DNA of 59,923 bases from an uncultured Syntrophaceae bacterium (GCA_964597995.1 CAZRAC010000003.1:1-59923), one strand, 5' to 3'. Shown: positions 47,651 to 58,476, counted from the first letter of the stretch. Made by a program: numbers and translations. The notes: generated by a model not told the origin, from the letters alone.

Positions 47651-48970
47651 TCATAGTCGCCAGTACCTCGCCCCCAGTTGTTCCGCTTCTTGTGGGTCGA
47701 AGATTCCCTTGATGTCCAGGACGACCGGTGCGCCGTCGGTGCAAAGCTCCACGACTTTTTTCAGGCCCAGGGCGCGGTAGGGATCGTGCGCCACGGCCAC
47801 TATGACCGCATGGGCGCCCGCGATTTTTCCCAAGGGTTTCAGTTCAAGGCCGTAATATTCACGGGTCTCCTCGGGACTGGCGAAAGGGTCGTGGACGACC
47901 ACCTCTATGCCGTAGTCCGTCAGCTCCCGGATGATATCGATGACCCGCGTATTCCTCAGGTCCGGTATGTTCTCCTTGAAGGTGAGCCCGAGTATGGCCA
48001 CCTTGCAGTGGCGGACGGGTCTTCCCGCGGCGATCAGGAGCTTGATCGTCCTCTCCGCGACGTACTTGCCCATACCGTCATTGATGCGTCGTCCGGCCAG
48101 GATCATCTCGGGGTGGTATCCCTCCATCTCCGCCTTGAAGGTCAGGTAATAGGGGTCGACGCCGATACAATGGCCGCCAACAAGCCCGGGTCGGAAAGGC
48201 AGGAAGTTCCATTTAGTTCCGGCCGTTTCGAGGACCTCCGTTGTGTCTATGCCGAGCCGGTTGAAGATGATCGCGAGCTCGTTCATCAAGGCGATGTTGA
48301 GGTCTCTCTGGGTGTTTTCGATGACCTTGGCCGCTTCGGCGACCTTGATCGAAGATGCTTTGTAGATGCCTGCCTTGACAACCTTCCCGTACACGCCTGC
48401 GAGTAGGCCGAGCGTCTCGTCGTCGGACGCGGAGACGACCTTCACGACGGATTCGAGCGTGTGGACCCTGTCGCCCGGGTTGATCCTCTCCGGTGAATAG
48501 CCCACAGTGAAACCTCTTCCCAGCTTCAACCCCGATTCCCTTTCCAGGATCGGCACGCAGATTTCCTCGGTAACGCCTGGGTACACGGTGGATTCGAAAA
48601 CGACGCAGGAGCCTCGCGTGATGTTCCTGCCTACTATTTCTGCGGCATTTTCAACATGTTCGAGGTTCGGGATGCGCGCTTCGTCTATCGGCGTGGGAAC
48701 AGTGACGATGATCAAACGGCAGGCCTTGATATCGGCGGCGTCGGATGAGAAGACAACGGACGTTTTCTGCAAGGCTGATTTCGACACCTCACGGGTCCGG
48801 TCGTGCCCTTTTTTTAGCTCGGCGACCCGCTTTTTCTGGATGTCGAAGCCGAGAACTGAGAAGTGATCACCCAGTTGAACGGCAAGGGGTAGTCCGACAT
48901 ACCCCAGGCCGACAACCGCAATCCCGTCTCTTCTGTTTACCAGGGAATCAAGGGTTACGTTGTTCCTCAT
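47651..48970 (-). CDS. UDP-N-acetyl-hexosamine 6-dehydrogenase (WbpO/TviB type)
   Basis: VGLGYVGLPLA, FESTVYPG, GYSPERINPGD, KVIENTQRD.NIA, GGHCIGVDPYYL. Confidence 0.9.
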   Translation of the reverse strand: MRNNVTLDSLVNRRDGIAVVGLGYVGLPLAVQLGDHFSVLGFDIQKKRVAELKKGHDRTREVSKSALQKTSVVFSSDAADIKACRLIIVTVPTPIDEARIPNLEHVENAAEIVGRNITRGSCVVFESTVYPGVTEEICVPILERESGLKLGRGFTVGYSPERINPGDRVHTLESVVKVVSASDDETLGLLAGVYGKVVKAGIYKASSIKVAEAAKVIENTQRDLNIALMNELAIIFNRLGIDTTEVLETAGTKWNFLPFRPGLVGGHCIGVDPYYLTFKAEMEGYHPEMILAGRRINDGMGKYVAERTIKLLIAAGRPVRHCKVAILGLTFKENIPDLRNTRVIDIIRELTDYGIEVVVHDPFASPEETREYYGLELKPLGKIAGAHAVIVAVAHDPYRALGLKKVVELCTDGAPVVLDIKGIFDPQEAEQLGARYWRL

Positions 48971-49029
48971 GGGGTGTCCCTTCGTTATGACTATGTTTGG
49001 TTCCCTTCATAACAATGCAACGACGATGC

Positions 49030-50334
49030 TCAACGCCGAGAATGCGGCGACGCCAAGATATTTTCGACCGCCTTGCCGCAGGCCTCGACCGTCCTTTCCA
49101 AGTCGTGGTCTGTATGAGCGATGGAGACGAAAGAGGCTTCGAACTGAGACGGCGCCAGGCTCACGCCCCGGCGAAGCATCTCCCGGAAGTAAGCGGCGTA
49201 GAGTCGTGTATCGCTTTTTAGGGCTGACGCGAAGTCATGAACCTCGCCGTCCGTGAAAAAGAAGGTAAACATGGATCCTTCTCTGTTCAAGTGTGTCGGC
49301 AGTCCTTTTTTCTCGAAGATTTTCCCCATCTCCTCGCACAGGTTGGAAGTGAAACGGTCGAGCATTTCGTAATGATTTCCGTCCCGGAGGACCTCGATGG
49401 TGGCGATCCCCGCGGCCATCGCGAGGGGGTTTCCGGAGAGTGTTCCTGCCTGGTACACGGGCCCGAGGGGGGCGAGCGCCTCCATGACATCCCTCCGTCC
49501 GCCGAAGGCCCCCACGGGAAGTCCACCCCCGATGATCTTGCCGAGGCAGGTCAGGTCTGGTTCGATGCCCTTGAGGGTCTGGTAACCGCCGTAAGCAAGC
49601 CGGAAACCAGTGATGACTTCATCGAAGATGAGGAGGATTCCCTTTTTCTTGGTGATAGCCCGCAAACCGTCGAGAAAAGGAGGACGGGGCGGGACGACGC
49701 CCATGTTCCCCGCCACGGGCTCCACAATCACGCAGGCGATGTCATCTCCGTAGAGGTCGACAGCGGCTTCGAAAGTGGCTAAGTCATTGAAGGGCAGGGA
49801 AACGGTCAATTCCGCGAGCCTATCCGGTACCCCCGGGCTCCCCGGGATGCCGAGCGTCGCCACGCCGGAGCCGGCCTTGACGAGGAGCGAATCGGCGTGG
49901 CCGTGGTAGCAACCGTCGAATTTAACGACTTTTTCCTTCCCGGTAAACCCCCTGGCGAGGCGGACGGCGCTCATGGCGGCTTCTGTCCCCGAGCTCACCA
50001 TCCGCACCATGTCGATGGACGGGAAGGCGTCGACGATCATCCGGGCCATCACGGTCTCCGCCTCCGTCGGTGCGCCGTAGCTCGTGCCTCTTTCGGCGGC
50101 TTTTATCACGGCTTCCAGGACATGGGGGTATGCGTGACCGAGGATCATCGGCCCCCAGGAGGAGACGTAATCGATGTATTCCCTCCCTTCGGTGTCGTAA
50201 ACCTTCGACCCCGCAGCGCGGGCCACAAAAAAAGGCGTCGAGTCCACCGCCCGGAACGCCCTCACAGGGCTGTTCACGCCTCCGGGGATGTATTTCTTCG
50301 CCTCCTCGAATAAGAGCTCGTTCTTTTTTCCCAT
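49030..50334 (-). CDS. hemL: Glutamate-1-semialdehyde 2,1-aminomutase
   Basis: [49 protein letters not shown]. Confidence 0.96.
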   Translation of the reverse strand: MGKKNELLFEEAKKYIPGGVNSPVRAFRAVDSTPFFVARAAGSKVYDTEGREYIDYVSSWGPMILGHAYPHVLEAVIKAAERGTSYGAPTEAETVMARMIVDAFPSIDMVRMVSSGTEAAMSAVRLARGFTGKEKVVKFDGCYHGHADSLLVKAGSGVATLGIPGSPGVPDRLAELTVSLPFNDLATFEAAVDLYGDDIACVIVEPVAGNMGVVPPRPPFLDGLRAITKKKGILLIFDEVITGFRLAYGGYQTLKGIEPDLTCLGKIIGGGLPVGAFGGRRDVMEALAPLGPVYQAGTLSGNPLAMAAGIATIEVLRDGNHYEMLDRFTSNLCEEMGKIFEKKGLPTHLNREGSMFTFFFTDGEVHDFASALKSDTRLYAAYFREMLRRGVSLAPSQFEASFVSIAHTDHDLERTVEACGKAVENILASPHSRR

Positions 50335-50348
50335 CTATTCGCCCTGAC

Positions 50349-50405
50349 CGTGAGCGTGAATCACGAAGTACAAGGAGTGGTCTTCACCCTTCACAGTTTA
50401 TCACC
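50349..50405. repeat. Degenerate short-period intergenic repeats between ahbB and hemL
   Basis: CGTGAG CGTGAA TCACG and TCACCCT TCACAGT TTATCAC. Confidence 0.4.
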
Positions 50406-50414
50406 CATCGTATT

Positions 50415-50882
50415 CTAAAAGTACTCCATGCTGCTCTTCTTGAACTCCTCTATGCTTTCGAGGACCTTAAAGTCGTCGATGCCCGTCGCCCTGGACAAGC
50501 CTTTCACTACTTGCAGGAGGTCTTCGCCCTCCCGAGCGTGGACCATGGTGAAGATGTTGTACCTTCCCTCGAAGGCCGGTGTCCTCTCGTAGCAGTGGGT
50601 TACTTGTCTTGACACAGAAAAGGCCTTTCCCTTTTCTTCGACATCCTCCGCCTTTACCGACCACAGGACCATCGCGTTTTTCGTATAGCCGGCCTTCTGG
50701 TGCCTCAGGATCGCGCTGAACTTTCGGATCCTCCCGTCATCACGCATCTTTTTGACGGCGGCGATGACCTCTTCCTCGATAGTCCCGATTTTTTCGGCGA
50801 TCATCTGGAACGGTCTTTTCTCTACGGGGATTTCTCCCTGGAGTGCTTTTCCAGTTTTTTTGACCTTTTCTTCTTCCATCAT
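50415..50882 (-). CDS. ahbB: Siroheme decarboxylase beta-like subunit (Lrp/AsnC-like, AhbB/NirH family)
   Basis: LQGEIPV..RPF..IA..IG, G.IRKFSAIL.H.KAGY..NAM..W, VTHCYER, YNIFTMVHA; upstream of hemL. Confidence 0.85.
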   Translation of the reverse strand: MMEEEKVKKTGKALQGEIPVEKRPFQMIAEKIGTIEEEVIAAVKKMRDDGRIRKFSAILRHQKAGYTKNAMVLWSVKAEDVEEKGKAFSVSRQVTHCYERTPAFEGRYNIFTMVHAREGEDLLQVVKGLSRATGIDDFKVLESIEEFKKSSMEYF

Positions 50883-50998
50883 CCGCAATCTCGGTCCGGG
50901 AGGTTTGTTTCTGCCGTTTTTTTCTCTTCCCTAGCAACTCATTTCCTGTTTCAGAGGCAGAAAAAGCCGAAGGGGACAATAACATAACCAAATAATTC

Positions 50999-51027
50999 TT
51001 GACAATTTTTTTTGCTGAAGCTAAAAG
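50999..51027 (+). promoter_or_regulatory. Candidate sigma70 promoter of atpE paralog 2
   Basis: TTGACA-17 nt-TAAAAG (no T at -7). Confidence 0.5.
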
Positions 51028-51142
51028 CTCCCCTTGAGTAGGAGAAAGAGTGTAGAAGGGGGGTGAAGGAGAGCGGGATAAAAAGCAGGAATAAAAAGCG
51101 GCAATGGCATTTCAGTCGAACTTAAACGAAAGGATGGTAAAA

Positions 51143-51520
51143 ATGAGGAAAGTAAGGATACTTGCAGCTTCTCTTTTGAGTCTCTTCGGAGTGCTCGTGT
51201 TTGCGACTTTTGCGATGGCAGCACAGGGAGCGGCGGCCACCGAGGGAAGCATCAACTACACCAAGGCAATCGTCGTGGGATGCTCTCTCATCGCCGCCGG
51301 ACTCTCGATTGGGTTGGGTGCTAACGGAACCGGCCACGGCATGGGGCAGGCGACAAGCGGCAGTGCAAGCGCCGTGGGAAGAAACCCGGAGGCACAGGGA
51401 AAGATCCTGCTGACCATGATGGTCGGTCTCGCGATGGCGGAATCGGTCGCGATTTACGCGCTCGTCGTTTCTCTCATCATTCTTTACGCCAACCCGTTGT
51501 TGAAGGTAATCGCCGGTTAA
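51143..51520 (+). CDS. atpE: F-type ATP synthase subunit c, paralog 2, with a signal-peptide-like N-terminal extension
   Basis: GANGTGHGMG motif, GRNPEA loop, MAESVAIY, LYANP; AAAGGA 8 nt before ATG 51143. Confidence 0.95.
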   Translation: MRKVRILAASLLSLFGVLVFATFAMAAQGAAATEGSINYTKAIVVGCSLIAAGLSIGLGANGTGHGMGQATSGSASAVGRNPEAQGKILLTMMVGLAMAESVAIYALVVSLIILYANPLLKVIAG

Positions 51521-51540
51521 GATACGGCCTCATTTGCGAA

Positions 51541-51583
51541 GGGAGAGGAAGCAAACAAAACGGACTTCTTCTCCCTTTTTTTT
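51541..51583 (+). terminator. Rho-independent terminator after atpE paralog 2
   Basis: GGGAGAGGAAG..CTTCTTCTCCC (one G-U pair) followed by 8 T. Confidence 0.75.
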
Positions 51584-51729
51584 GTCTTTTTTGTCTGTCC
51601 GGGAAAGGCATTTAGGAGAGTGACCATCCGCTCATAGCGCCTTTCCGCCGACAAGGGCGAGAGCGATGGAGCAGCTTCCTCGCCTTGCAATAATCAAGTT
51701 GCTTTTAAAGACGGGCAAGCGGCTGCCGA

Positions 51730-52146
51730 TCATTCGTCGAGTTCGACCTTCGAACGCAGCGTTTTCTTTTCCGATTTGAGGTGTTTTTCCTGGAGTATCT
51801 TTTCTTTGGCGCGCCGCGAGCGTCTTTTCTTCTGGCGCCTGATTTTTTCGACCCGCATTCTTTCCGCCTCGACCACGCCTTTTTGTATGCGCTCTATCCT
51901 GTCCGCGAGGAGGCGGCGGGCCAGGAATCGATTGACTGCCTGTGAACGGGACTGTTGACATTTCACGGACAAGCCCGTGGGCAGGTGGACGAGGTAAACG
52001 CCCGACGACGTTTTATTCACCTTCTGGCCACCGGGCCCCGAGGACCTGATGAAGGTTTCCCGGATGTCGTCCTCGGAAATGCCGAGGCGCTTCATTCGTT
52101 CCTGGAGCGCCCTTTCTTTTGCCGGGGTGATGGTGGGAGAAGACAT
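51730..52146 (-). CDS. GGQ-motif ribosome rescue / release-factor-like protein (ArfB-like)
   Basis: RSSGPGGQKVNKTSSGV, QQSRSQAVNR, basic C-terminal tail. Confidence 0.85.
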   Translation of the reverse strand: MSSPTITPAKERALQERMKRLGISEDDIRETFIRSSGPGGQKVNKTSSGVYLVHLPTGLSVKCQQSRSQAVNRFLARRLLADRIERIQKGVVEAERMRVEKIRRQKKRRSRRAKEKILQEKHLKSEKKTLRSKVELDE

Positions 52147-52444
52147 GTGCGCATTTCGTCCCGGGGATATCGCCGGGGTCCTTCGTAGAACCCACTGCGG
52201 CTTGTCGTGCGGAGCTTCGCCTCTATACAACCTTTCGTATCAGAGGCCGATTTTTCAAAGGATTACGCCGGAAGCCCAAAACAACTGAGTTGCGAATAGC
52301 TTGAGTTATCGGTATTGTCAAACCCTTTTTAAGTCGCGGCGGGAAATATACGGTTGCCCGCAAAGAGAGAACGAATTAAAATCTCTAAGAAAGCGTCAGG
52401 TAAGAGGGAAAGGAGATTCGGAGCCGCTTGGATAGCGCTCTCCG

Positions 52445-53443
52445 ATGAGAGCCGCCATGTTCAATGCCTATCTGGTTAACGACCCCTTCGGTGACCCGGG
52501 GGTTTATGTCGAGCTTAAATTCAGAGGGGAGGCCCTGATGTTCGACCTTGGTGACGTCCATACCCTGCCTTCCCGGAAGCTCCTCAAAGTTAAAAGCATT
52601 TTTGTTTCCCACACCCACATGGACCACTTTATCGGTTTCGACCACCTACTGAGGGTCTGTTTGGGCAGAGATAAGCGCCTCGCCCTCTTCGGGCCACCGG
52701 GATTCATGAGGAACGTAGAGGGCAAACTCGCCGCATATACGTGGAATCTCGTGGAGAATTACACGAATGATTTTGTCCTTTCCGTCGCCGAAGTCCACCC
52801 CGGCCACGTGATGACCGGGGAGTACCGGTGCAATGAGGCCTTTAGGCCGGTCGTGCCCATGGCGAAGAAGGATTTCGACGGGGTGTTGCTGGACGACCCG
52901 TTCTTCTTGGTCAGGGCCGTCTTCCTCCACCACAAGGTCCCCTGTCTGGCCTTTGCCCTGGAGGAGAAGACGAGGGTTAACATCAAGAAGAACGTGCTCG
53001 AGGAGATGGGGTTGGCCACCGGGCCCTGGCTCTTGGACCTGAAGAGACGAATCCTGAGAAATGACCCCGATGACACACCGATCAGGGCACCGTCGGCGGT
53101 GGGCGGGAAGGTTTTCCCCTTGGGAGTGCTTCGGGATCGGGTCGCGAAACTGACCCCAGGGAAGAAGATCGCCTATGTTGCCGATGTCCTGTACAGCGAA
53201 GAAGATGCCCGGAGGATAGAGGACCTTGCTCGTGGGGCGGAAATTCTCTTCATCGAAGGTGGGTTCCTCGAGGCCGACGCCGAGAGGGCCGCGGAAAAGC
53301 ATCACCTGACGGCGCTGCAATCCGGGGAGCTGGCAAAGAGGGCCGGCGTGAAACGGATGGTTCTGTTCCATTTTTCGCCCAAATACCAGGGGCAGGGGCG
53401 GCTCCTTGCCGAGGAGGCACAACGGGCGTTCGAGGGTTCATAG
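52445..53443 (+). CDS. Ribonuclease Z-like metallo-beta-lactamase-fold hydrolase
   Basis: SHTHMDHFIG, HHKVPC, YVADV, HHLT, LFHFSPKY. Confidence 0.85.
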   Translation: MRAAMFNAYLVNDPFGDPGVYVELKFRGEALMFDLGDVHTLPSRKLLKVKSIFVSHTHMDHFIGFDHLLRVCLGRDKRLALFGPPGFMRNVEGKLAAYTWNLVENYTNDFVLSVAEVHPGHVMTGEYRCNEAFRPVVPMAKKDFDGVLLDDPFFLVRAVFLHHKVPCLAFALEEKTRVNIKKNVLEEMGLATGPWLLDLKRRILRNDPDDTPIRAPSAVGGKVFPLGVLRDRVAKLTPGKKIAYVADVLYSEEDARRIEDLARGAEILFIEGGFLEADAERAAEKHHLTALQSGELAKRAGVKRMVLFHFSPKYQGQGRLLAEEAQRAFEGS

Positions 53444-53456
53444 AGGTTCTGAAGAA

Positions 53457-55046
53457 ATGGTACGTTTATTCGATGTCGTTTTGAATCTTGGCGAGGACGA
53501 GTCCCTCCTTCCCCGGCGGGCGGCCGAGCTTCTCAATGTCCCTGTGGAACACGTCCGGGTGGAAAGGTTGGTCAGGAAGTCGCTCGACGCAAGGAGAAAC
53601 AGACCTCCCCGCTTTGTCTACGTCTTGGATGTCTCCTTCCCCGACGAGGAAGGAGTGGTAGAAAGGGTGGGGGGTAAGCTTAAGCTCAAGCCCATGAACG
53701 AATCGACTGCACCGCCTGTCGTTCGCAAGGCTCCGGCACCTGAAAGGCGGCCGGTGGTCGTCGGGAGCGGTCCCGCAGGTCTTTTTGCTTCTCTGACCTT
53801 GGCGTCCCGGGGAATACCCGTGATTCTCCTCGAGCGGGGCAGGCCCCTGCAACAGCGAATAGCCGACACGACCTCTTTCTGGGAACACGGGATACTAGAC
53901 CCCGAGAGCAACGTCAATTTCGGTGAGGGCGGCGCAGGGACTTTTTCCGACGGCAAACTGACGACGAGACTCAGGGACAGTAGAATCGGCATGGTCAAGA
54001 GGGTGCTTGTCGACTTCGGCGCCCCGCCTGAGATACTGACCGACGGGAAACCCCATGTGGGAACCGACCGGTTGAGGCAGGTGGTTGCGGAATTTCGGCG
54101 GGAGTTGATCCGGCTTGGTTGCGAAGTCCGTTTCGGGGCAAAGGTTTCGGACATCTTAGTCCGAAGGGGAGAAATAGCAGGAGTCGTTGTCAACGGAAGC
54201 GAAGAGATCCGGACGGGCCATCTTGTCCTTGCAATAGGCCAGAGTGCCGCGGACACTTACAGGAGGCTTATGGAGCGGGGGATGCAGCTCGAAGCCAAGC
54301 CTTTTGCCATGGGGTTGAGGGTCGAGCACCCGCAGGAACTCATAAACCGGATACAGTACGGAAGATGGTGTACCCGCCCGGAGCTTCCTCCGGCGGATTA
54401 CTTCCTTGCCGTCAACGTCCCGGGCCTAAACCGCTCGGTCTATACCTTTTGCATGTGTCCGGGCGGTCAGATCATCGGTTGCAGTTCCGAAAAAGGGGGG
54501 GTGGTCACGAACGGCATGAGCCTGTACAGCCGGAGTAGTCCCTTCGCGAACAGCGCCGTCGTGGTGAATGTCCGTAAGGAGGACTTCGCCGGCCCCTCCC
54601 CTCTGAGCGGGATCTCCTTCCGCAGACAATGGGAAGAGAACGCCTTTGTTCTTGGGGGGCGCGACTACCACGCGCCGGCGCAGCGGCTGACGGACTTCGT
54701 CTACGAGAAAGAAAGTCGTGACGTAGGGCCGACAAGCTTTAGGCCCGGCGTCGCCGTCGCCCCGCTCAGGGAGGTCCTGCCGTCCTTCGTCTACGAGGCA
54801 CTGCGGAAAGGTTTGGTGCTGTTCGAGCAAAAAATGCCCGGTTTTCTGACCTCGGAGGCCGTTCTCGTGGGGGTGGAGACAAGGACATCCTCTCCCGTGA
54901 GGATATTGCGCGGCGAGGACGGCCAAAGCCTTGCGGTTCTGGGGGTTTATCCCTGCGGAGAGGGCGCGGGGTATGCCGGCGGCATCGTGAGCTCTGCGGT
55001 CGACGGGATGAAGGCCGCAGAAAGAATCGTCAACTCTCTGGCATGA
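53457..55046 (+). CDS. Uncharacterised FAD-dependent oxidoreductase
   Basis: VGSGPAGL, FGEGGAGTFSDGKLTTR, CMCPGG, GVETRTSSP, GEGAGYAGGIVSSAVDG. Confidence 0.9.
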   Translation: MVRLFDVVLNLGEDESLLPRRAAELLNVPVEHVRVERLVRKSLDARRNRPPRFVYVLDVSFPDEEGVVERVGGKLKLKPMNESTAPPVVRKAPAPERRPVVVGSGPAGLFASLTLASRGIPVILLERGRPLQQRIADTTSFWEHGILDPESNVNFGEGGAGTFSDGKLTTRLRDSRIGMVKRVLVDFGAPPEILTDGKPHVGTDRLRQVVAEFRRELIRLGCEVRFGAKVSDILVRRGEIAGVVVNGSEEIRTGHLVLAIGQSAADTYRRLMERGMQLEAKPFAMGLRVEHPQELINRIQYGRWCTRPELPPADYFLAVNVPGLNRSVYTFCMCPGGQIIGCSSEKGGVVTNGMSLYSRSSPFANSAVVVNVRKEDFAGPSPLSGISFRRQWEENAFVLGGRDYHAPAQRLTDFVYEKESRDVGPTSFRPGVAVAPLREVLPSFVYEALRKGLVLFEQKMPGFLTSEAVLVGVETRTSSPVRILRGEDGQSLAVLGVYPCGEGAGYAGGIVSSAVDGMKAAERIVNSLA

Positions 55047-55064
55047 AATGCCGGGCTTGTGCTC

Positions 55065-56180
55065 TCAGTCTTGTTCGCCGACACGGGCGTCGATGACCAC
55101 GTCGTCGCCGACACGGGAAACCTTCCGAAAGTACAGAGGGAGGGCGTTGCTCACCTGCTCTATGCCGAGGTCGCCCACCGTCTCGACGCCCTTCCCGATT
55201 ATTTTTGGGGCGATGACGGCAAGGAGTCTCTGGGCCCTCTTCTCGCGGAGGAAAGTAGTGATGACCCCGGAGCCCCCTTCTACAAGAAGAGAAGATACCC
55301 CTCGTTTACCCAGCTCATCGAGGAGCCTCCCGATGCTGACGCCGCCGTCACGGCCCCTGGGGAGAGACAGGGTTTCTACGCCGACCCGGTGGAGTTCATC
55401 CCGTTTCTCACGGCTGCCCAGCCGTGTCGTCACGACAAGCGTCTTCGCCCTGTCCTGGTCTTTAAGTACCTTCGCCCCGAGCGGGGTCCTCAACCGCGAA
55501 TCGAGGATCACACGCAGGGGGTTTCTCCCCCGCACGAGCCTTACTGTCAACTCTGGGTCGTCCTGCAGGACGGTCCCCACTCCCACGAGGACGGCGTCGT
55601 GAAGGCTTCTCTCCCTGTGGGCGAGGCGGAGCGACGGCCCGGAACTGATCCAGCGGGAATTACCCGTCACGGTGGCGACTCTCCCGTCGAGGGATTGGGC
55701 GAATTTAACGGTCACGAAAGGCCGCCCCGTATGCATAAAGTGAAAGTAGGCCTCGTTCAGGGCGCGACAACTTTCTTCGAGGACTCCCACGACGGTCTCG
55801 ATGCCTTGTTTTTCCAGGGTCTTCACACCCTTGCCTGATACCAGCGGGTTGGGGTCCGTCGTCCCGATGACTACCCGCGCCGGCCTCGCTTCTATGAGGC
55901 GGTCCACGCAGGGAGGTGTCTTGCCGTAATGAGTACACGGCTCCAGGGTGATGTAGACCGTGGAACCCCTTGCCGCTTCGGATGCCCTTTCGAGTGCGTT
56001 GATCTCGGCATGTTTTCCCCCGAACCTCTCGTGGAAGCCTTCGCCGACGACCCTCCCGTCTCTGACGACGACTGCCCCCACCATGGGGTTCGGGCTGACC
56101 CGTCCCGCCCCTCTCGCGGCGAGGCGCAGGGCGCGTTTCATGTAATATTCGTCCGGTTTTCGGTCTTTTGATTTTTGCAT
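55065..56180 (-). CDS. ribD: Bifunctional riboflavin biosynthesis deaminase/reductase
   Basis: PNPMVGAV, HAEINAL, TLEPCTHYGKTPPC, SLDGRVA, VEGGSG. Confidence 0.95.
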   Translation of the reverse strand: MQKSKDRKPDEYYMKRALRLAARGAGRVSPNPMVGAVVVRDGRVVGEGFHERFGGKHAEINALERASEAARGSTVYITLEPCTHYGKTPPCVDRLIEARPARVVIGTTDPNPLVSGKGVKTLEKQGIETVVGVLEESCRALNEAYFHFMHTGRPFVTVKFAQSLDGRVATVTGNSRWISSGPSLRLAHRERSLHDAVLVGVGTVLQDDPELTVRLVRGRNPLRVILDSRLRTPLGAKVLKDQDRAKTLVVTTRLGSREKRDELHRVGVETLSLPRGRDGGVSIGRLLDELGKRGVSSLLVEGGSGVITTFLREKRAQRLLAVIAPKIIGKGVETVGDLGIEQVSNALPLYFRKVSRVGDDVVIDARVGEQD

Positions 56181-56319
56181 CGTACCTTGGTGTACAGAGA
56201 GCTCTATGCCCTCTGCTAACCCCCGGCGGTTTCGCCCTTCATAGCACATCCCCGTGGTCATAAACAATGATGAAGGGAGCGTGACAGCTCGGATGATGTG
56301 CTGCAAGGGCATGTTTCGA

Positions 56320-56348
56320 TTGGCCGAGCTGAGAAAATATGGTATAAA
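56320..56348 (+). promoter_or_regulatory. sigma70 promoter for rmlA-rmlC
   Basis: TTGGCC-17 nt-TATAAA with extended TGn. Confidence 0.55.
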
Positions 56349-56402
56349 CTTTCAAATTTTTCGGCTTGTAAGAGATAGAATTTAAAAGGGGTACGGGAAA
56401 AC

Positions 56403-57134
56403 ATGAAAGGTGTTGTACTCGCAGGCGGCCTGGGAAGCAGGCTTCATCCTCTTACCAAGGTGACGAACAAGCATCTGCTCCCGGTGTACAAAGAGCCGAT
56501 GATCTACTATCCCATCCGAACGCTCGTGAACGCGGGCATCGACGAGATCCTGATAGTCACGGGGGGCAACAACGCTGGTGACTTCCTGCGGCTGCTCGGC
56601 AACGGGTCGGAGTTCGGGTTGAGGCACCTGAACTACACGTATCAGGAAGGGGAGGGCGGCATCGCGGCGGCCCTGAGCCTTGCAGAGCACTTTGCCGACA
56701 ACGACAAGATCGTGGTTGTCCTCGGCGACAACATCATCGAAAAAAATATCGGGAAGGCCGTTGAGTCGTTCAGAGGTCAGAAGGAGGGGGCGAAGATACT
56801 TTTGAAGGAGGTGCCCGACCCGCAGAGGTTCGGTGTCCCGGTTTTCGAAGAGGGGAAGATCATAAGGGTCGATGAAAAGCCGAAGGCGCCCGCGTCGTCG
56901 TACGCCGTGATCGGTATTTACATGTACGACAGCGGTGTTTTTGATTTTATCAAGACCCTGAAACCGTCGGAGAGGGGGGAGCTGGAGATCACGGATGTCA
57001 ACAACTTTTACATCCGCGCAGGGAAAATGACCTGGGACGTCCTCGACGGGTGGTGGACGGACGCGGGGACTTTCGAATCACTGCAGTACGCCGGGAACAT
57101 GGTAGCGAAGACGGGGGCCAACAAGCTGAATTAG
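56403..57134 (+). CDS. rmlA: Glucose-1-phosphate thymidylyltransferase (short form)
   Basis: LAGGLGSRL.PLT...NKHLLPVY, LGDNI, EKP, RGELEITD, WTDAGT. Confidence 0.88.
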   Translation: MKGVVLAGGLGSRLHPLTKVTNKHLLPVYKEPMIYYPIRTLVNAGIDEILIVTGGNNAGDFLRLLGNGSEFGLRHLNYTYQEGEGGIAAALSLAEHFADNDKIVVVLGDNIIEKNIGKAVESFRGQKEGAKILLKEVPDPQRFGVPVFEEGKIIRVDEKPKAPASSYAVIGIYMYDSGVFDFIKTLKPSERGELEITDVNNFYIRAGKMTWDVLDGWWTDAGTFESLQYAGNMVAKTGANKLN

Positions 57135-57160
57135 ATGAAAAGACGGTAGGATGAATCGGA

Positions 57161-57622
57161 GTGGAGATGATCGAAGGTGTGATGGTCAAGAAGCTCAGGG
57201 TGATCCCGGACGAACGCGGCAGGTTGATGGAGATCCTCAGGAACGACGACGAGATGTTCGAATCCTTCGGGCAGGTGTACATGACGACGGCCTATCCCGG
57301 TGTGGTGAAGGGCTGGCATTACCACAAGAGGCAGTATGACAACATGGCCGTGGTCAAAGGCATGATGAAGATAGTGCTCTTCGATGGGAGAAAGGAGTCG
57401 GTGACTTACGGCGAGGTGAATGAATTCTTTGCCGGCGAACACAACCCCATCCTCGTCCACATCCCGCCTTATGTCTATCATGGTTTCAAGTGCATCTCCG
57501 AGGATGAGGCTATCGTGGTCAACACACCGACCGCGGTATATCAGTACGAAGAGCCGGACGAGTACCGGGTTCATCCTTACGAAAACGACATCCCCTATGA
57601 CTGGGGTAGAAAAGATGGTTAA
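57161..57622 (+). CDS. rmlC: dTDP-4-dehydrorhamnose 3,5-epimerase family (cupin)
   Basis: DERGRLME, PGVVKGWHYH, HIPP.VYHGF; ATG 57167 is an alternative start. Confidence 0.85.
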   Translation: MEMIEGVMVKKLRVIPDERGRLMEILRNDDEMFESFGQVYMTTAYPGVVKGWHYHKRQYDNMAVVKGMMKIVLFDGRKESVTYGEVNEFFAGEHNPILVHIPPYVYHGFKCISEDEAIVVNTPTAVYQYEEPDEYRVHPYENDIPYDWGRKDG

Positions 57623-57702
57623 ACGAACGATGGAGGGGATAGACCTTCTCACCCGGTCCTCGTTGTAAGGACCACTTTTCTGGCATAGGTTGTCGAGCGG
57701 TT

Positions 57703-58473
57703 ATGAGTGTTCTTCCCGGCCTATTCATAGCCCTTTTAGGCGCCGTCATCGGTAGCTTCCTCAACGTATGCATCTGCCGGATTCCCGAGGGCAGGTCTCT
57801 CGTCGCCCCGGGGTCGGCCTGCCCGGGCTGCGGGCACCCGATAAGGCCTTACGACAACATACCGGTACTGAGCTACCTCATCCTGAAGGGGCGTTGTCGG
57901 GATTGCGGCCGGAGAATATCTCCCCGTTACATCGCGGTCGAGCTGATCACGGCCGTGATAGCCCTTTTTCTCTTCCGGCAATACGGCTTCTCGCTTCAAT
58001 TTCTCTCCGCCTTCGTCTTCGCGGCCGCGTTGGTCGTCGTGACTTTTATCGACCTCGAGCACGGCATCATCCCCGACGTGATCACCCTTCCAGGGATACC
58101 CTTGTTCATGGTTCTGGCGGTCCTCGTCATGGGGGTTTCGTTCCTCGACGCCTTCCTTGGTGCGGCCGTCGGCAGCGGCATATTCTATCTGATAGCCGAA
58201 GGGTACGGTTTTTTTACCGGGAGAGAAGGGATGGGCGGCGGCGACATCAAACTGCTTGCCATGCTGGGAGCTTTCTTGGGCTGGCAATCGCTTGTCTTCG
58301 TCCTGCTCGCGAGCTCGCTTCTCGGGAGCGTTGTCGGCATCGGGGTCATGGTGGCGAAGCGGGAAGGATTGAGGTATGCTATCCCGTTCGGGCCGTTCCT
58401 GGCAGTTTCCGCCCTGGCCTACATCTTTTGGGGGTACGACTTCGGCCGGATGATGAACCTCTGTTGGGGATGA
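57703..58473 (+). CDS. pilD: Prepilin peptidase
   Basis: GSFLNVCI.R.P, CPGC and CRDC zinc pairs, IDLEH, MGGGDIKL, IPFGPFL. Confidence 0.95.
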   Translation: MSVLPGLFIALLGAVIGSFLNVCICRIPEGRSLVAPGSACPGCGHPIRPYDNIPVLSYLILKGRCRDCGRRISPRYIAVELITAVIALFLFRQYGFSLQFLSAFVFAAALVVVTFIDLEHGIIPDVITLPGIPLFMVLAVLVMGVSFLDAFLGAAVGSGIFYLIAEGYGFFTGREGMGGGDIKLLAMLGAFLGWQSLVFVLLASSLLGSVVGIGVMVAKREGLRYAIPFGPFLAVSALAYIFWGYDFGRMMNLCWG

Positions 58474-58476
58474 CGG

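Noticed and set aside
56181-56402. FMN riboswitch upstream of ribD
   Set aside because: Some local pairing (CCCTTCAT/ATGAAGGG) but none of the FMN consensus strings.
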